The position numbers and the translations under genes were made by a program. Below, one piece after another: positions 19,072 to 27,762 of a stretch of 32,000 nucleotides of DNA (positions are counted from its first letter, which is position 1; every line of letters begins with the position of its first letter). The DNA comes from Phycisphaera mikurensis NBRC 102666 (lineage in GTDB: Bacteria; Planctomycetota; Phycisphaerae; Phycisphaerales; Phycisphaeraceae). The notes beneath the pieces were generated by a model. The model made no database searches. It was not told where the DNA came from and was given only the letters and a program-made list of their open reading frames with translations. The stretch covers positions 2,910,001 through 2,942,000 of the forward strand of contig NC_017080.1 of the NCBI RefSeq assembly GCF_000284115.1. The letters are read 5' to 3'.

Positions 19072-19808
19072 GCGGGTCCGCGAGGCCGGAGCTGGCGAGC
19101 GGCTGGACCGCGCACGCGGGCGCTGCGGGTCGCGCCTGGTTGCAGTGCGACCTGCTCACGATTCGGGGCTTTCGGCACGGCTTCACGCTCCGCAGCGGCG
19201 GGCAAGACCTGCGCGGACCGGCAGAAGTCGCCGCCTTCGCCGCGGAAGCCGGCGTCGCCGCCGGACGCGTCGGCATGAGCCCGCAGGTGCACGGAAGCCG
19301 CGTCAGCTCGCCGCGAGACCGCGAGGTCGCCGCCGACGCCGCCTGGAGCCCGCCGGGCGGCGGCGTGGTCGCCGTCCGGACCGCGGACTGCCTCCCGGTC
19401 CTCCTGGCAGGGTTCGGAGGCGTCGTGGCGGCGCACGCCGGCTGGCGCGGCCTGCTCGGCGGGGTTCTCGAGGCGTCGGTCGAGCGGCTCGGCGGGGGCG
19501 ACGCCGTGCGGGCCGCCGCGTTGGGCCCCTGCATCGGGGCGGCGGCGTTCGAGGTCGGGCCGGAGGTCGCGGGCGCATTCCGCAACGCGGGCCTCGGCCG
19601 TCACCTCCACACCGGAGCGGGCGATCGCTCCCACGCCTGTCTCGCCGGGGCCGCGACCACGCTGCTGCAGCGGGCGGGCGTGCGGCCATCGGTCGTCTCC
19701 TCGTGCCGCTGCTGCACCTTCGCCGACCCGGACCGCTTCTTCAGCTTCCGCCGGGACGGACCCGGTCGGGGGCACCAAGGGGCGTGGATGGCCCCGCAGG
19801 AGCGATAA
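19068..19808 (+). CDS. pgeF: Multicopper polyphenol oxidase / laccase-domain protein (YfiH/PgeF family)
   Basis: FRHGFTLRSGG, VAVRTADCLPVLLAGFGGVVAAHAGWRGLLGGVLEA, ALGPCIGAAAFEVGPEV, CCRCCTFADPDRFFSFRRDG. GTG start overlaps the rseP stop (GTGA). Confidence 0.87.
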   Translation: MSGSARPELASGWTAHAGAAGRAWLQCDLLTIRGFRHGFTLRSGGQDLRGPAEVAAFAAEAGVAAGRVGMSPQVHGSRVSSPRDREVAADAAWSPPGGGVVAVRTADCLPVLLAGFGGVVAAHAGWRGLLGGVLEASVERLGGGDAVRAAALGPCIGAAAFEVGPEVAGAFRNAGLGRHLHTGAGDRSHACLAGAATTLLQRAGVRPSVVSSCRCCTFADPDRFFSFRRDGPGRGHQGAWMAPQER

Positions 19809-20023
19809 TCTGAATCATGTTCAACGCGAGCCGGCGGCTCCGGCTACGCGGCACGGCGGCTGCGGACGTCTCAGCACGGCGGCTTCTTGCATAAATTACT
19901 CGCCCGACGAATGATGCGCGCTCCCGATCCCGACGGCGTCCTCCCCGCCGCCGGGGTGCCCGCTGCAGGCCGCCCCCCGGACCGTCCGGTAAAAGAATCT
20001 TCCACGCTTTCACGCCGAGTCGC

Positions 20024-20051
20024 TTGCCAGCATCGGGATACGTCCTATCCT
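20024..20051 (+). promoter_or_regulatory. Candidate sigma70-type promoter upstream of the PEP-CTERM-like gene
   Basis: TTGCCA (20024-20029), 16 nt, TATCCT (20046-20051). Confidence 0.35.
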
Positions 20052-20060
20052 CGTGGCGGC

Positions 20061-20116
20061 GAGGAGGCGAGTTGCTTCCTCGACAGACCGATCCCCGCCG
20101 CTTGTGCGGCGGGATC
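20061..20116 (+). promoter_or_regulatory. Two consecutive stem-loops in the presumed 5' leader
   Basis: GAGGAGGC-gagtt-GCTTCCTC (20061-20081, one G-U) and GATCC(C)CGCCGC-ttgt-GCGGCGGGATC (20090-20116, one bulged C). Confidence 0.55.
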
Positions 20117-20143
20117 CACCAGAAAGAAAAGAGGGTCCTTCGA

Positions 20144-20926
20144 ATGAACGCTTCCACCACCACGCTTCTCGCTGCCTTTGCCGGCACCGCTGCTCTGACC
20201 ACCGGCGCCAACGCCGCCACCGTCATCGACTTCAGCGGCATCGCCACCGGCACCACCGTCACCAACCAGATCGCCGGCCTGACCGTCTCGGCCTCCAGCC
20301 CCTACGCCGACTCGCCCGAAGAGGTCTTCGGCTGGGACTTCAACGGCTACCCGGAGTTCGACTTTGCCGGCCAGCAGGCCCCCTTCACCTCGGGCAACGC
20401 CACCGGCCGCGACCTCGGCCAGGGCCTGGCCCTCCGCGGTCCCGAGGGCGTGCTCACCGGCTTCGGCGTCCTGCCCGAGCCCATCCCCACCCCGCTGGAG
20501 AAGCGTCGTCCCGCCGGCACGATCAACCTGGAGTTCGCCACCCCCCTGGACAGCTTCGGGTTCACGATCGTCGACGTGGAGGGCCCCGAGGAGTTCGAGA
20601 CCAACACCGGCTTCTTCATCGACTTCCTGAGCGACGGCACCGAGGTCGGCGTCTTCGACTTCGCGAGCTTCGTCACCGACGACGACTCCAACGTGTTCGA
20701 CCCATCGATCGAGTTCGGCAACCGCTCGGCCAACCAGATCGCCCCGATCACCGCGGCGCAGCTGGGTGTGGCGAGCTTCGACGAGGTCCGCATCTCGCTC
20801 GGCGGATCGGCCGTCGTCGCCCAGATCACCGTGAACGCGGTGCCCACGCCGACCGCGGCCCTCGGCGGCCTCGCCCTCCTGGGCGCCGGTGCCCTGCGTC
20901 GCCGCACCCGCGGCGCCCAGGCCTGA
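20144..20926 (+). CDS. Secreted protein with PEP-CTERM-like sorting tail (PTPTA variant)
   Basis: Start MNASTTTLLAAFAGTAALTTGANA (signal peptide) after GAGGG; C-terminus VPTPTAALGGLALLGAGALRRRTRG: short motif, hydrophobic helix, Arg cluster. Confidence 0.8.
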   Translation: MNASTTTLLAAFAGTAALTTGANAATVIDFSGIATGTTVTNQIAGLTVSASSPYADSPEEVFGWDFNGYPEFDFAGQQAPFTSGNATGRDLGQGLALRGPEGVLTGFGVLPEPIPTPLEKRRPAGTINLEFATPLDSFGFTIVDVEGPEEFETNTGFFIDFLSDGTEVGVFDFASFVTDDDSNVFDPSIEFGNRSANQIAPITAAQLGVASFDEVRISLGGSAVVAQITVNAVPTPTAALGGLALLGAGALRRRTRGAQA

Positions 20927-20941
20927 TCGCCGGAGCCCGCT

Positions 20942-20963
20942 GAGGCGGCCTGGTTTCCGCCTC
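20942..20963 (+). other. Hairpin just past the PEP-CTERM-like gene
   Basis: GAGGCGG-cctggttt-CCGCCTC, perfect 7-bp arms, no T run. Confidence 0.4.
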
Positions 20964-21163
20964 TCGCCCGCGGCCCGTCCGCGAGCGAACCCCGACTCCC
21001 TCCGACGCCCGTGGCCTCTGGCTGCGGGCGTTGTTGCAGGCGCCCCGGGGCGGCGGCGGCGGCGGCGGCGGCCGTCTGGCTGCGGGTGGGTCCGCCGCGT
21101 CGACCGGCGGCTCCCGCGGAGCGGGCGCGACCCCGCACGCGGTCGCCGCCGTAGAGGAAAGCG

Positions 21164-21661
21164 ATGCTGAACAAGCGGAATCTGGTGGTGCCGGGGCTGA
21201 TCGTGATCGGGCTGCTCGCCGCGGCGTCGCTGCTCGCCTCCGGGGCGGGCGGCGGTTCCTCCAGCACCGACCCCGAGGGCGTACCGTGGCGGACCGACGT
21301 GGAGGCGGCCCGGGCGGAGGCGGCGGAGACCGGCCGGCCGCTCTTCCTGGACTTCACCGCCGACTGGTGCCCGCCCTGCCGAGAGATGGAGCGGGACACG
21401 TGGCCCGACGCCGAGGTTCGCGACCTGCTCGCCGGCCGCTTCACCCCGGTGAAGGTGGACATCGATGCTCAGCCGGCCGTCGCGGCGGCCTTCGGGGTGC
21501 AGGCGATCCCGACCCTGGTGGTCGTGAACCCGGAGCGAGCGGAGCGGAGACGCACCGGCTATGTCGGACCCGAAGAGCTCGCCGACTGGCTGCGTGACCA
21601 GGCACCGTCGCCCGCGCTCGAGGCCGCGGACGCCTCGCAAGCCGCGGACGCGCAGGGCTGA
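21164..21661 (+). CDS. Thioredoxin-fold protein with N-terminal membrane anchor
   Basis: 165 aa: hydrophobic N-terminus, LFLDFTADWCPPCREMERDTWPDAEVRDLLAGRFTPVKVDIDAQPAVAAAFGVQAIPTLVVVNPE. RBS gaggaaa. Confidence 0.88.
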   Translation: MLNKRNLVVPGLIVIGLLAAASLLASGAGGGSSSTDPEGVPWRTDVEAARAEAAETGRPLFLDFTADWCPPCREMERDTWPDAEVRDLLAGRFTPVKVDIDAQPAVAAAFGVQAIPTLVVVNPERAERRRTGYVGPEELADWLRDQAPSPALEAADASQAADAQG

Positions 21662-21845
21662 TAGGCGCCCGGCACGGCGTGGGGGCTGCATGGCCCGGGG
21701 CCGAGGGTCCGGGCCGAAGCGGCCAACGCGGCGCCTCGGATGTGTGAGCGGTCGAGCCACGGGGGGGCGTGGCACCCCGGGCTTCAGACCTCATGCTCAC
21801 GCGTGTCCTTCTCGGGTCGCGTAGAAGAAGTTCACTGCAGGCGTA

Positions 21846-22964
21846 TCAGACGCCTTCGGGGAACGCGAGGTGGTACGCCGCGAGGCGTTTCTTCAGGATC
21901 CCGGCGGCCGCCTCCGCCGAAGCCCCCACGGGCAGCCGGGCCCGCTTGAGGAAGCCGCGGTCGTCCGCCAGCCGCGTGTACACCTCCGCCGCGGCCCCGC
22001 CCGTCTCGAAGACCCGCGAGAGGTGCAACGCGAAGTAGAAGTCGAAGCCGTGCTTCATGCGGCGCGGGGTCACACGGAAAGGCAGCACCCGCGGCTCGCC
22101 GCCCTCGGCCGTGAGATTGGCCGCGAAGCGGAGCGCCTTGAGCGCGACCCCGGGGTGGACGTAGCCGCGGGTGCGGGTGAGGTGGGCCCCGGTCACCCGC
22201 AGCGTGAGGCCCAGGGTGTCCAGCAGGCACGCGTGCGTCACCGTCAGCCGCCCGCCGAGCAGCACGAGCTGGTTCACCGTCAGCTCGCGGCTGCCCATGT
22301 ACCCGCCCTCGTCGGTCAGCACCTCGATGCCGAACTCGCCCAGGGTGAGGTCGTCGGGCATGTACAGCGAGGCAAGTCGGTGGTCGTCGTCGCCGGGCGT
22401 GTCGGCGTCGCGCAGCAGGTCGATGTCGCGGACGGCGGAACCGAAGGCGTCGAGGCGGAGCGTCCGCGCGAGGACCTTGCGGGCGACGCCGCCCTTGAAT
22501 CCGTAGCCGGCGGGGACGGGGGGCAGACCGCGGAGCACCGCTTCCTCGGCCTCCAGCACGAAACGGGGCGGGCCGTCCGCCACCGCGACGGGCGTCAGCC
22601 CGAGCTCGTCGAGCATCGCGGGCACCGCGTCGAGCTCCGGCGGCGGGGCCGCGCTCCCCGCGCCGCGGCCGCCCCGCCGCCCCCGCCCTCGCCCCCTCTG
22701 CGGCGTGGCGGCGGTGTACCCGGCCTGCGACTCGTCCGCCACGGCCCGCGCCCGGTCGCGCAGACGCCCGGCCGGCGTGTCGCCGAAGGCGTGCGCCCGG
22801 AGCGTCGGAAACCGGCCCGTGTCCGCGGCGTCCTCGGGCGGCACCGCGGGCGGTTCCTCCTCCCGCGGAGGAACCGGCACGCCCACCTTCCGCGCCAGCT
22901 GCTCGAAGCCGTGCACCGTGCCGCGGGAGCGGCCGATCGGGTTTGAGCCGGGCGACGCGGTCAT
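21846..22964 (-). CDS. Uncharacterised protein, possible divergent CCA-adding/poly(A) polymerase-like nucleotidyltransferase
   Basis: 372-aa ORF; [17 protein letters not shown]...RDIDLL and [11 protein letters not shown]...[15 protein letters not shown] resemble GG.VRD..L/DIDL, RRDFTINAL and ALRFAA motifs of class II tRNA nucleotidyltransferases. Confidence 0.5.
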   Translation of the reverse strand: MTASPGSNPIGRSRGTVHGFEQLARKVGVPVPPREEEPPAVPPEDAADTGRFPTLRAHAFGDTPAGRLRDRARAVADESQAGYTAATPQRGRGRGRRGGRGAGSAAPPPELDAVPAMLDELGLTPVAVADGPPRFVLEAEEAVLRGLPPVPAGYGFKGGVARKVLARTLRLDAFGSAVRDIDLLRDADTPGDDDHRLASLYMPDDLTLGEFGIEVLTDEGGYMGSRELTVNQLVLLGGRLTVTHACLLDTLGLTLRVTGAHLTRTRGYVHPGVALKALRFAANLTAEGGEPRVLPFRVTPRRMKHGFDFYFALHLSRVFETGGAAAEVYTRLADDRGFLKRARLPVGASAEAAAGILKKRLAAYHLAFPEGV

Positions 22965-22989
22965 GGGCGGGGTCTACGCGGGTCGGCTT

Positions 22990-23067
22990 GGGGGGGGGCT
23001 CGGCGGCCGGGGCGGGGCGGGGCGGGGCGGGGGCGGGCGGGATTGGGCGGGCGGGGTTGGGCGGGGG
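22990..23067 (+). other. G-tract-rich sequence with G-quadruplex potential
   Basis: G9 run at 22990-22998, then GGGGCGGGGCGGGGCGGGGCGGGGGCGGGCGGGATTGGGCGGGCGGGGTTGGGCGGGGG. Confidence 0.65.
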
Positions 23068-23093
23068 CCGCTGCGGGCTCTCTACGATCGGCC

Positions 23094-24335
23094 ATGACCG
23101 CCACGGCCACCCCCCCGATCTCGCAGACCCGCCGCTTCCCCGACGACCGCGGGTACTTCGGCGGCTACGGCGGCGTCTTCATCCCCGAGACGCTGCACCA
23201 CGCGGTGGCCGAGCTCGCCGAAGCCTACCGCGAAGCGCGAGCGGACCCGGCCTTCGCGGCGCAGCTCGCCGAGCTCGCACGCGACTACATCGGCCGCCCG
23301 ACGCCCCTGCAGTTCGCTCCGCGCCTCACCGCCGCCGGCGGCGGGGCGCAGATCTGGCTGAAGCGTGAAGACCTCGCCCACACGGGAGCCCACAAGATCA
23401 ACAACGCGATCGGGCAGTGCTTGCTGGCGCTGCGGATGGGCAAGAAGCGGATCATCGCGGAGACCGGCGCCGGCCAGCACGGCGTCGCGACCGCCACCGC
23501 GGCGGCCAAGTTCGGCCTGCCCTGCGAGGTCTTCATGGGCGAGGAGGACATGCGCCGCCAGCGGCCCAACGTCCTGCGGATGCGGATGATGGGGGCCACC
23601 GTCACCGGCGTCGGCGACGGGAGCCGGACGCTCAAGGACGCCACCAACGCGGCGCTGCGGGACTGGATGGGCAGCTCCGCGGACACCCACTACATCATCG
23701 GCAGCGTCGTGGGTCCGCACCCCTTCCCGATGATCGTGCGCGACTTCCAGGCCGTGATCGGCCACGAGAGCATCGCCGCCTGCCGCGACCAGATCGGCCG
23801 CTTGCCCGACACCGTGGTCGCCGTGGTCGGCGGCGGCTCCAACGCCTCGGGCATGTTCTACCCGTTCGCGAGCGATCCCGGCTGCGACGGCGTCGCGCTC
23901 GTGGGCGTCGAACCCGGCGGGACCGGGACGGCGCCGGGCCAGCACGCCGCCGCGCTCACCCACGGAAGCCCGGGGGTGCTGCACGGCGCGCTCTCGTACG
24001 TGATGCAGAACTCCGACGGCCAGACCGCCGACGTCCACAGCGTCTCCGCCGGCCTGGACTACCCCGGCATCGGGCCCGAGCACAGCTGCTGGAAGGACAG
24101 CGGCCGCGTGAGCTACGCGAGCGTCACCGACAGCGAGGCGCTCGCCGCGTTCGAGCTGATCTGCAGGCTCGAGGGCATCCTGCCCGCGCTCGAGCCGTCG
24201 CACGCGCTCGCCCACGTGATGAAGCTCGCCCCGACGCTGCCCGCCGATCACGTCGTCCTGATGAACCTCTGCGGCCGCGGCGACAAGGACCTCGACGAGG
24301 TCATCCGATTGCTGGGCCACGCCGAGACCGCGTGA
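23094..24335 (+). CDS. trpB: Tryptophan synthase beta subunit
   Basis: Start [34 protein letters not shown]; [18 protein letters not shown] (PLP Lys), [39 protein letters not shown]. Confidence 0.97.
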   Translation: MTATATPPISQTRRFPDDRGYFGGYGGVFIPETLHHAVAELAEAYREARADPAFAAQLAELARDYIGRPTPLQFAPRLTAAGGGAQIWLKREDLAHTGAHKINNAIGQCLLALRMGKKRIIAETGAGQHGVATATAAAKFGLPCEVFMGEEDMRRQRPNVLRMRMMGATVTGVGDGSRTLKDATNAALRDWMGSSADTHYIIGSVVGPHPFPMIVRDFQAVIGHESIAACRDQIGRLPDTVVAVVGGGSNASGMFYPFASDPGCDGVALVGVEPGGTGTAPGQHAAALTHGSPGVLHGALSYVMQNSDGQTADVHSVSAGLDYPGIGPEHSCWKDSGRVSYASVTDSEALAAFELICRLEGILPALEPSHALAHVMKLAPTLPADHVVLMNLCGRGDKDLDEVIRLLGHAETA

Positions 24336-24384
24336 TCCTCCCGGTCCCGGCGAGCCGGGTGCCGCGGGTGCCGCGGGTCCGGCG

Positions 24385-24430
24385 CCGCGGACCGTCGGCC
24401 TTTCTGACGCTCAGAGGCCGCGGTCCGCGG
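24385..24430. repeat. 46-bp palindromic-ended element, copy 4
   Basis: CCGCGGACCG, 26 nt, CGGTCCGCGG; spacer contains an inner pair CGGCCT (24396-24401)/AGGCCG (24415-24420). 49 nt past the trpB stop. Confidence 0.8.
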
Positions 24431-24438
24431 CGAACCCG

Positions 24439-24484
24439 CCGCGGACCGGCGCACGAGAAGCGCATCCGCCGCGAGGGTCCGCGG
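24439..24484. repeat. 46-bp palindromic-ended element, copy 5
   Basis: CCGCGGACCG (24439-24448), 26 nt, GGGTCCGCGG (24475-24484). Confidence 0.75.
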
Positions 24485-24730
24485 ACCGCCGGCCGGGCCC
24501 GGGGCGACCGGCCCGAGCGGGTAGCGAAGCCGTGGACGAAAAGGAGGAGGCGGAGGGCCACCTGCCGGGCGACCAGGTGGCTCATCCACACCGTGGATGT
24601 GGCGGCGGAGGGCCGCGGATGAGCGGGAAGCGGGAGCCACGCCCGGTCGCGGGTTCGGGCTGCTCCGGTTGCAGTTGGCGCCTCCATCGACGGAGTCGAC
24701 GAGCCACCTGCGCGGGGCCGCTCCGCGTTG

Positions 24731-26221
24731 CTAGTCCACCTCGTCCCGCAGCTCGTCGCAGCGAGCCCGCAGCGTCGCCAGGGTCTCCGCGTGGCCGGCC
24801 ACCCCCGCGAGGTTGTTCCGCTGGTTGGGGTCGGCGAAGTTGTCGAACAGCTCCTCTTGCAGCGGATCGGTCCCGGTGTACCGCGTGTAGGTGAACCTCG
24901 GCGTGCGCACGCCGATCGTCCGCGGGATCGAGCCGCCCTGGCCGTAAGGGTGGTCGTAGAAGACATCCTCGCGCCAAGCCGGGGGCGTGCCGTCGAAGAG
25001 CGGGCGCAGGTCCGCACCGGTCATCTCGGCGGGCCGATCGAGCCCGGCGTAGGCGAGCAGCGTGACCGAAAAGTCGGTCGTGATCACCGGCAGCGTGGTC
25101 TTCCGGCCGCCCGCGTCCACCGGGCGGCGCGGGTCGTGGACGAAGCCGGGCACGCGGAGCGAGGGCTCGTACATCAGCCACGCCTCGGCGAGGCCGTGCT
25201 CGGAGAAGAAGTGGCCGCTGTCGGAGGTGAACATCGTGACGGTTCGGTCGGCGACACCGGCTCCGCCGAGTGCCGCCACCACGCGGCCCACGCCCCGGTC
25301 CATGCTGGAGACGAGGCGGAAGTAGTCGCGCTGATGCCGATCCAGGGCGCCGTCTCTGCGGAGCCGCATCATCCCGGTCCCGCGGCCCAGAGAGGCCTTC
25401 ACCGCGGGCGGCACGCGGCCGGCGGCGTCCAGCGTTGCCGCCGGCGGCCGCGGCATCGCGAGGCCGTCGGTGACGCCCGCGACGGCGGGGGCGAAGTCGC
25501 CGAAGGGCGCGTGCGGGCTTTTGAAGAACAGGAACAGCGCGAAGGGCTTCGCCGGATCGCGGCCGGCAAGGAAGCGCCCGACCTGCATCGGGATCACCTC
25601 CGCGTCCGTGTGGATCGGATCCCTCAGGTTCGCGACGCCGATGCGGTTGCGGAAGCCCGGCTTCCCGCGAGCATCCGCGGGGCAGTCGCACAGGTCGTCG
25701 AGCGGGCGACGGAAGCCGTCGAACCGCACGTACCGGCAGTCGGGCTCGTGGAAGTAGCACGTCTGCATCGGCTGGCCCGCCCAGTAGTCGAAGACCTCCG
25801 CGGCGGCGTGCGTCTGCTCGGGCGAGTCGCCGATGCCCCACTTGCCGAAGAAAGCCGTCTGATAGCCGGCGGCCTGGAGACGCCCGGGCACCGTCGCCCG
25901 CAGCCGCGGGCCGTCGAACGCCTCGAAGAAGCCGTGGATGCCGTGACGGCCCGGGTACTGCCCGGCCATCAGGTTCGCCCGGTTCACGGCGCAGATCGAC
26001 GTGTTGACGTAGCAGTTCTCGAGGATCAACGCTTCACGCGCGAGCGCGTCGAGGTGCGGCGTCGAGACCGCGTGGTTCCCGCTGTAGCCCACCGCGTCGG
26101 ACCGCTGGCCGTCGGTGAAGATCAGGACGAGGTTGGGGCGGTGCTCCCCGGCGGGCGCGGCGGACGCCGGGAGCAGGAGGAGCAGAGCGAGGAGCAACAG
26201 CGGGAGTCGGCAACGCTTCAT
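24731..26221 (-). CDS. Secreted sulfatase (arylsulfatase/alkaline-phosphatase superfamily)
   Basis: 496 aa: signal peptide MKRCRLPLLLLALLLLLPASAAPAGE, RPNLVLIFTDGQRSDAVGYSGN, SICAVNRANLMAGQYPGRHG, TAFFGKWGIG, VTMFTSDSGHFFSEHGLAEAWLMYEPSLRVP. Confidence 0.93.
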   Translation of the reverse strand: MKRCRLPLLLLALLLLLPASAAPAGEHRPNLVLIFTDGQRSDAVGYSGNHAVSTPHLDALAREALILENCYVNTSICAVNRANLMAGQYPGRHGIHGFFEAFDGPRLRATVPGRLQAAGYQTAFFGKWGIGDSPEQTHAAAEVFDYWAGQPMQTCYFHEPDCRYVRFDGFRRPLDDLCDCPADARGKPGFRNRIGVANLRDPIHTDAEVIPMQVGRFLAGRDPAKPFALFLFFKSPHAPFGDFAPAVAGVTDGLAMPRPPAATLDAAGRVPPAVKASLGRGTGMMRLRRDGALDRHQRDYFRLVSSMDRGVGRVVAALGGAGVADRTVTMFTSDSGHFFSEHGLAEAWLMYEPSLRVPGFVHDPRRPVDAGGRKTTLPVITTDFSVTLLAYAGLDRPAEMTGADLRPLFDGTPPAWREDVFYDHPYGQGGSIPRTIGVRTPRFTYTRYTGTDPLQEELFDNFADPNQRNNLAGVAGHAETLATLRARCDELRDEVD

Positions 26222-26235
26222 GATGCGGGCACGGG

Positions 26236-26300
26236 CAGCGGGAGCCGGACGCCAGGTTCACGCTCCCGGTAAGGTCTAAACCAGGCAGCTCCCGCTGGTT
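26236..26300. promoter_or_regulatory. Candidate operator region between the sulfatase and the GntR/LacI-like regulator
   Basis: GGTCTAAACC (26273-26282) resembles the GGTCTAGACC core known for NagR/DasR-type GntR sites; AACCAG-N10-CTGGTT (26279-26300); CAGCGGGAGC (26236-26245) inverted to GCTCCCGCTG (26288-26297), plus GCTCCCG at 26262. Confidence 0.4.
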
Positions 26301-26360
26301 GCGGGTCGAGCGTACCGCCCGGGCCCGCTCCGGGCGGGCCGCCTCTTCCCGGGACCGCCG

Positions 26361-27494
26361 ATGGCCGAAGACGCCTCCCCCGCCGCGACGCCCCGCGGCA
26401 CGCCGCGGACGCCGAAGTACCAGGTCATCCGCGACCGGCTCATGGAACAGATCCGCTCCGGGACGCTGTCGCCCGGCTGCCGGCTGCCCACCGAGCGGGA
26501 GCTCGCGGACCGCTTCGGCGTCACGCGGATGACGGTGCGTCAGGCGATCACGACGCTCGTGCAATCGGGCATGGTCGTGAACCGCCGCCCGCTGGGCAAC
26601 TTCGTCGCCGAGAGCCTCTGCGGTGTCGCGAGCCGCCGCGTCGTCAACCTCGTGTGCGTCGGCTCCGGATCCGAAGACGCCGGCGTCTTCCTCGAGCACG
26701 GCGTCGCGGCGGCGAGGTCCCGCGGCATCGAGGCTCGCGTTCTGCAGGCCCACGCCGGCGTCGAGCACCTCGCCGTCGCCACCGTCCGCGGGCCCGATCC
26801 GACCGTGCTCATCGGCGGGCCGGGCGGAGCCCACCGCGAGTTGCACCGGGCGGTTCACACCGCGGCCGATCGGGTGGTGGTGGTCGGCGTCCGCATGGAT
26901 CACGCCGGCATCGCCTCGGTCGTCGGCGACGACGCGCTGGGCATCCGCCTCGCGGTCGGGCACCTGCACGGCAAGGGCCACGAGCGGATCGCGCTGGTCG
27001 GATCCACCCCCGAGGACGACCACCCGACGATGGAGCTGCAGGTCGAGCTGTGGCGGCAGGCCATGGACGAGCTGGGCCTCGCCCGCGGCACCCCGGACAG
27101 GCACGTCATCCGGCTCGAGCCCGTGCCGGCGGGCGGGACCGCGATGGCGTCGAAGCTCGCGGTCGAGGCGTACCACCGGCGCCGCCGCGTGCGGGCCACC
27201 GCGTACATCGGCCTCTCCGCGGAGACCGGGGTGGGCGTGCTCGCGGCGCTGCACGGCTCCGGCGTGCGGGTGCCCCGCGACGCGTCGGTCGTCGGCTACG
27301 CGACCCACCTCCGCGCGTCGCTGTGCGTGCCGCCGCTGACCGGCATCGACGTCGACGTCGGCGGGCACCTGGCCGCCGCGTTGGACCGCGTCGAGCGGAT
27401 GCTCTCCGCGGAAGAGGGTGCCCCTGTGCTCCCGCTGCTCCAGGTCGTTCCGCCCTTCCTCATCGAGCGCGGGAGCGTCGGACCGAGGCGCTGA
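26361..27494 (+). CDS. Transcriptional regulator: GntR-type winged helix fused to a LacI-type sugar-binding-like domain (AraR-like layout)
   Basis: 377 aa: KYQVIRDRLMEQIRSGTLSPGCRLPTERELADRFGVTRMTVRQAITTLVQSGMVVNRRPLGNFVAE; then GDDALGIRLAVGHLHGKGHERIALVG and VRVPRDASVVGY...LTGIDVD. Confidence 0.88.
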   Translation: MAEDASPAATPRGTPRTPKYQVIRDRLMEQIRSGTLSPGCRLPTERELADRFGVTRMTVRQAITTLVQSGMVVNRRPLGNFVAESLCGVASRRVVNLVCVGSGSEDAGVFLEHGVAAARSRGIEARVLQAHAGVEHLAVATVRGPDPTVLIGGPGGAHRELHRAVHTAADRVVVVGVRMDHAGIASVVGDDALGIRLAVGHLHGKGHERIALVGSTPEDDHPTMELQVELWRQAMDELGLARGTPDRHVIRLEPVPAGGTAMASKLAVEAYHRRRRVRATAYIGLSAETGVGVLAALHGSGVRVPRDASVVGYATHLRASLCVPPLTGIDVDVGGHLAAALDRVERMLSAEEGAPVLPLLQVVPPFLIERGSVGPRR

Positions 27495-27762
27495 GACCGA
27501 TCCCGCGCCCGGCGTTTCCGCAGCCGAAAGCAGCAAAGCGAGGCGGTCGGCCCGGTCCCCCGGCGGCCGGCCGCACGCGGAGGGGCCGTCGCTTCGCTCT
27601 CGCGGAGCGGTGGCGGCTTCCCCTCCGACCTCTTGAGGTGCGCGGTGCGTACGGTCGCCTCCGGTCCCGCGGACGTGGGCGGGGCCGCGGCGGCCGCGGC
27701 GGCTCCCGGTTCCTCGACGCGGCGGTGCAAGACTTCGGCAGCCGGAACCAGACACGCACCCG

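Noticed and set aside
20040-20075. Sigma54 promoter for the PEP-CTERM-like gene (TGGCGG ... TTGCT)
   Set aside because: GG-to-GC spacing is about 18-19 nt, not compatible with -24/-12 geometry.
21051-21068. (CGG)6 trinucleotide tract
   Set aside because: Short and expected at this base composition; no supporting context.
24301-25017. 238-aa and related ORFs spanning the trpB/sulfatase gap
   Set aside because: Low-complexity translations overlapping both real genes; no start signal or motif.
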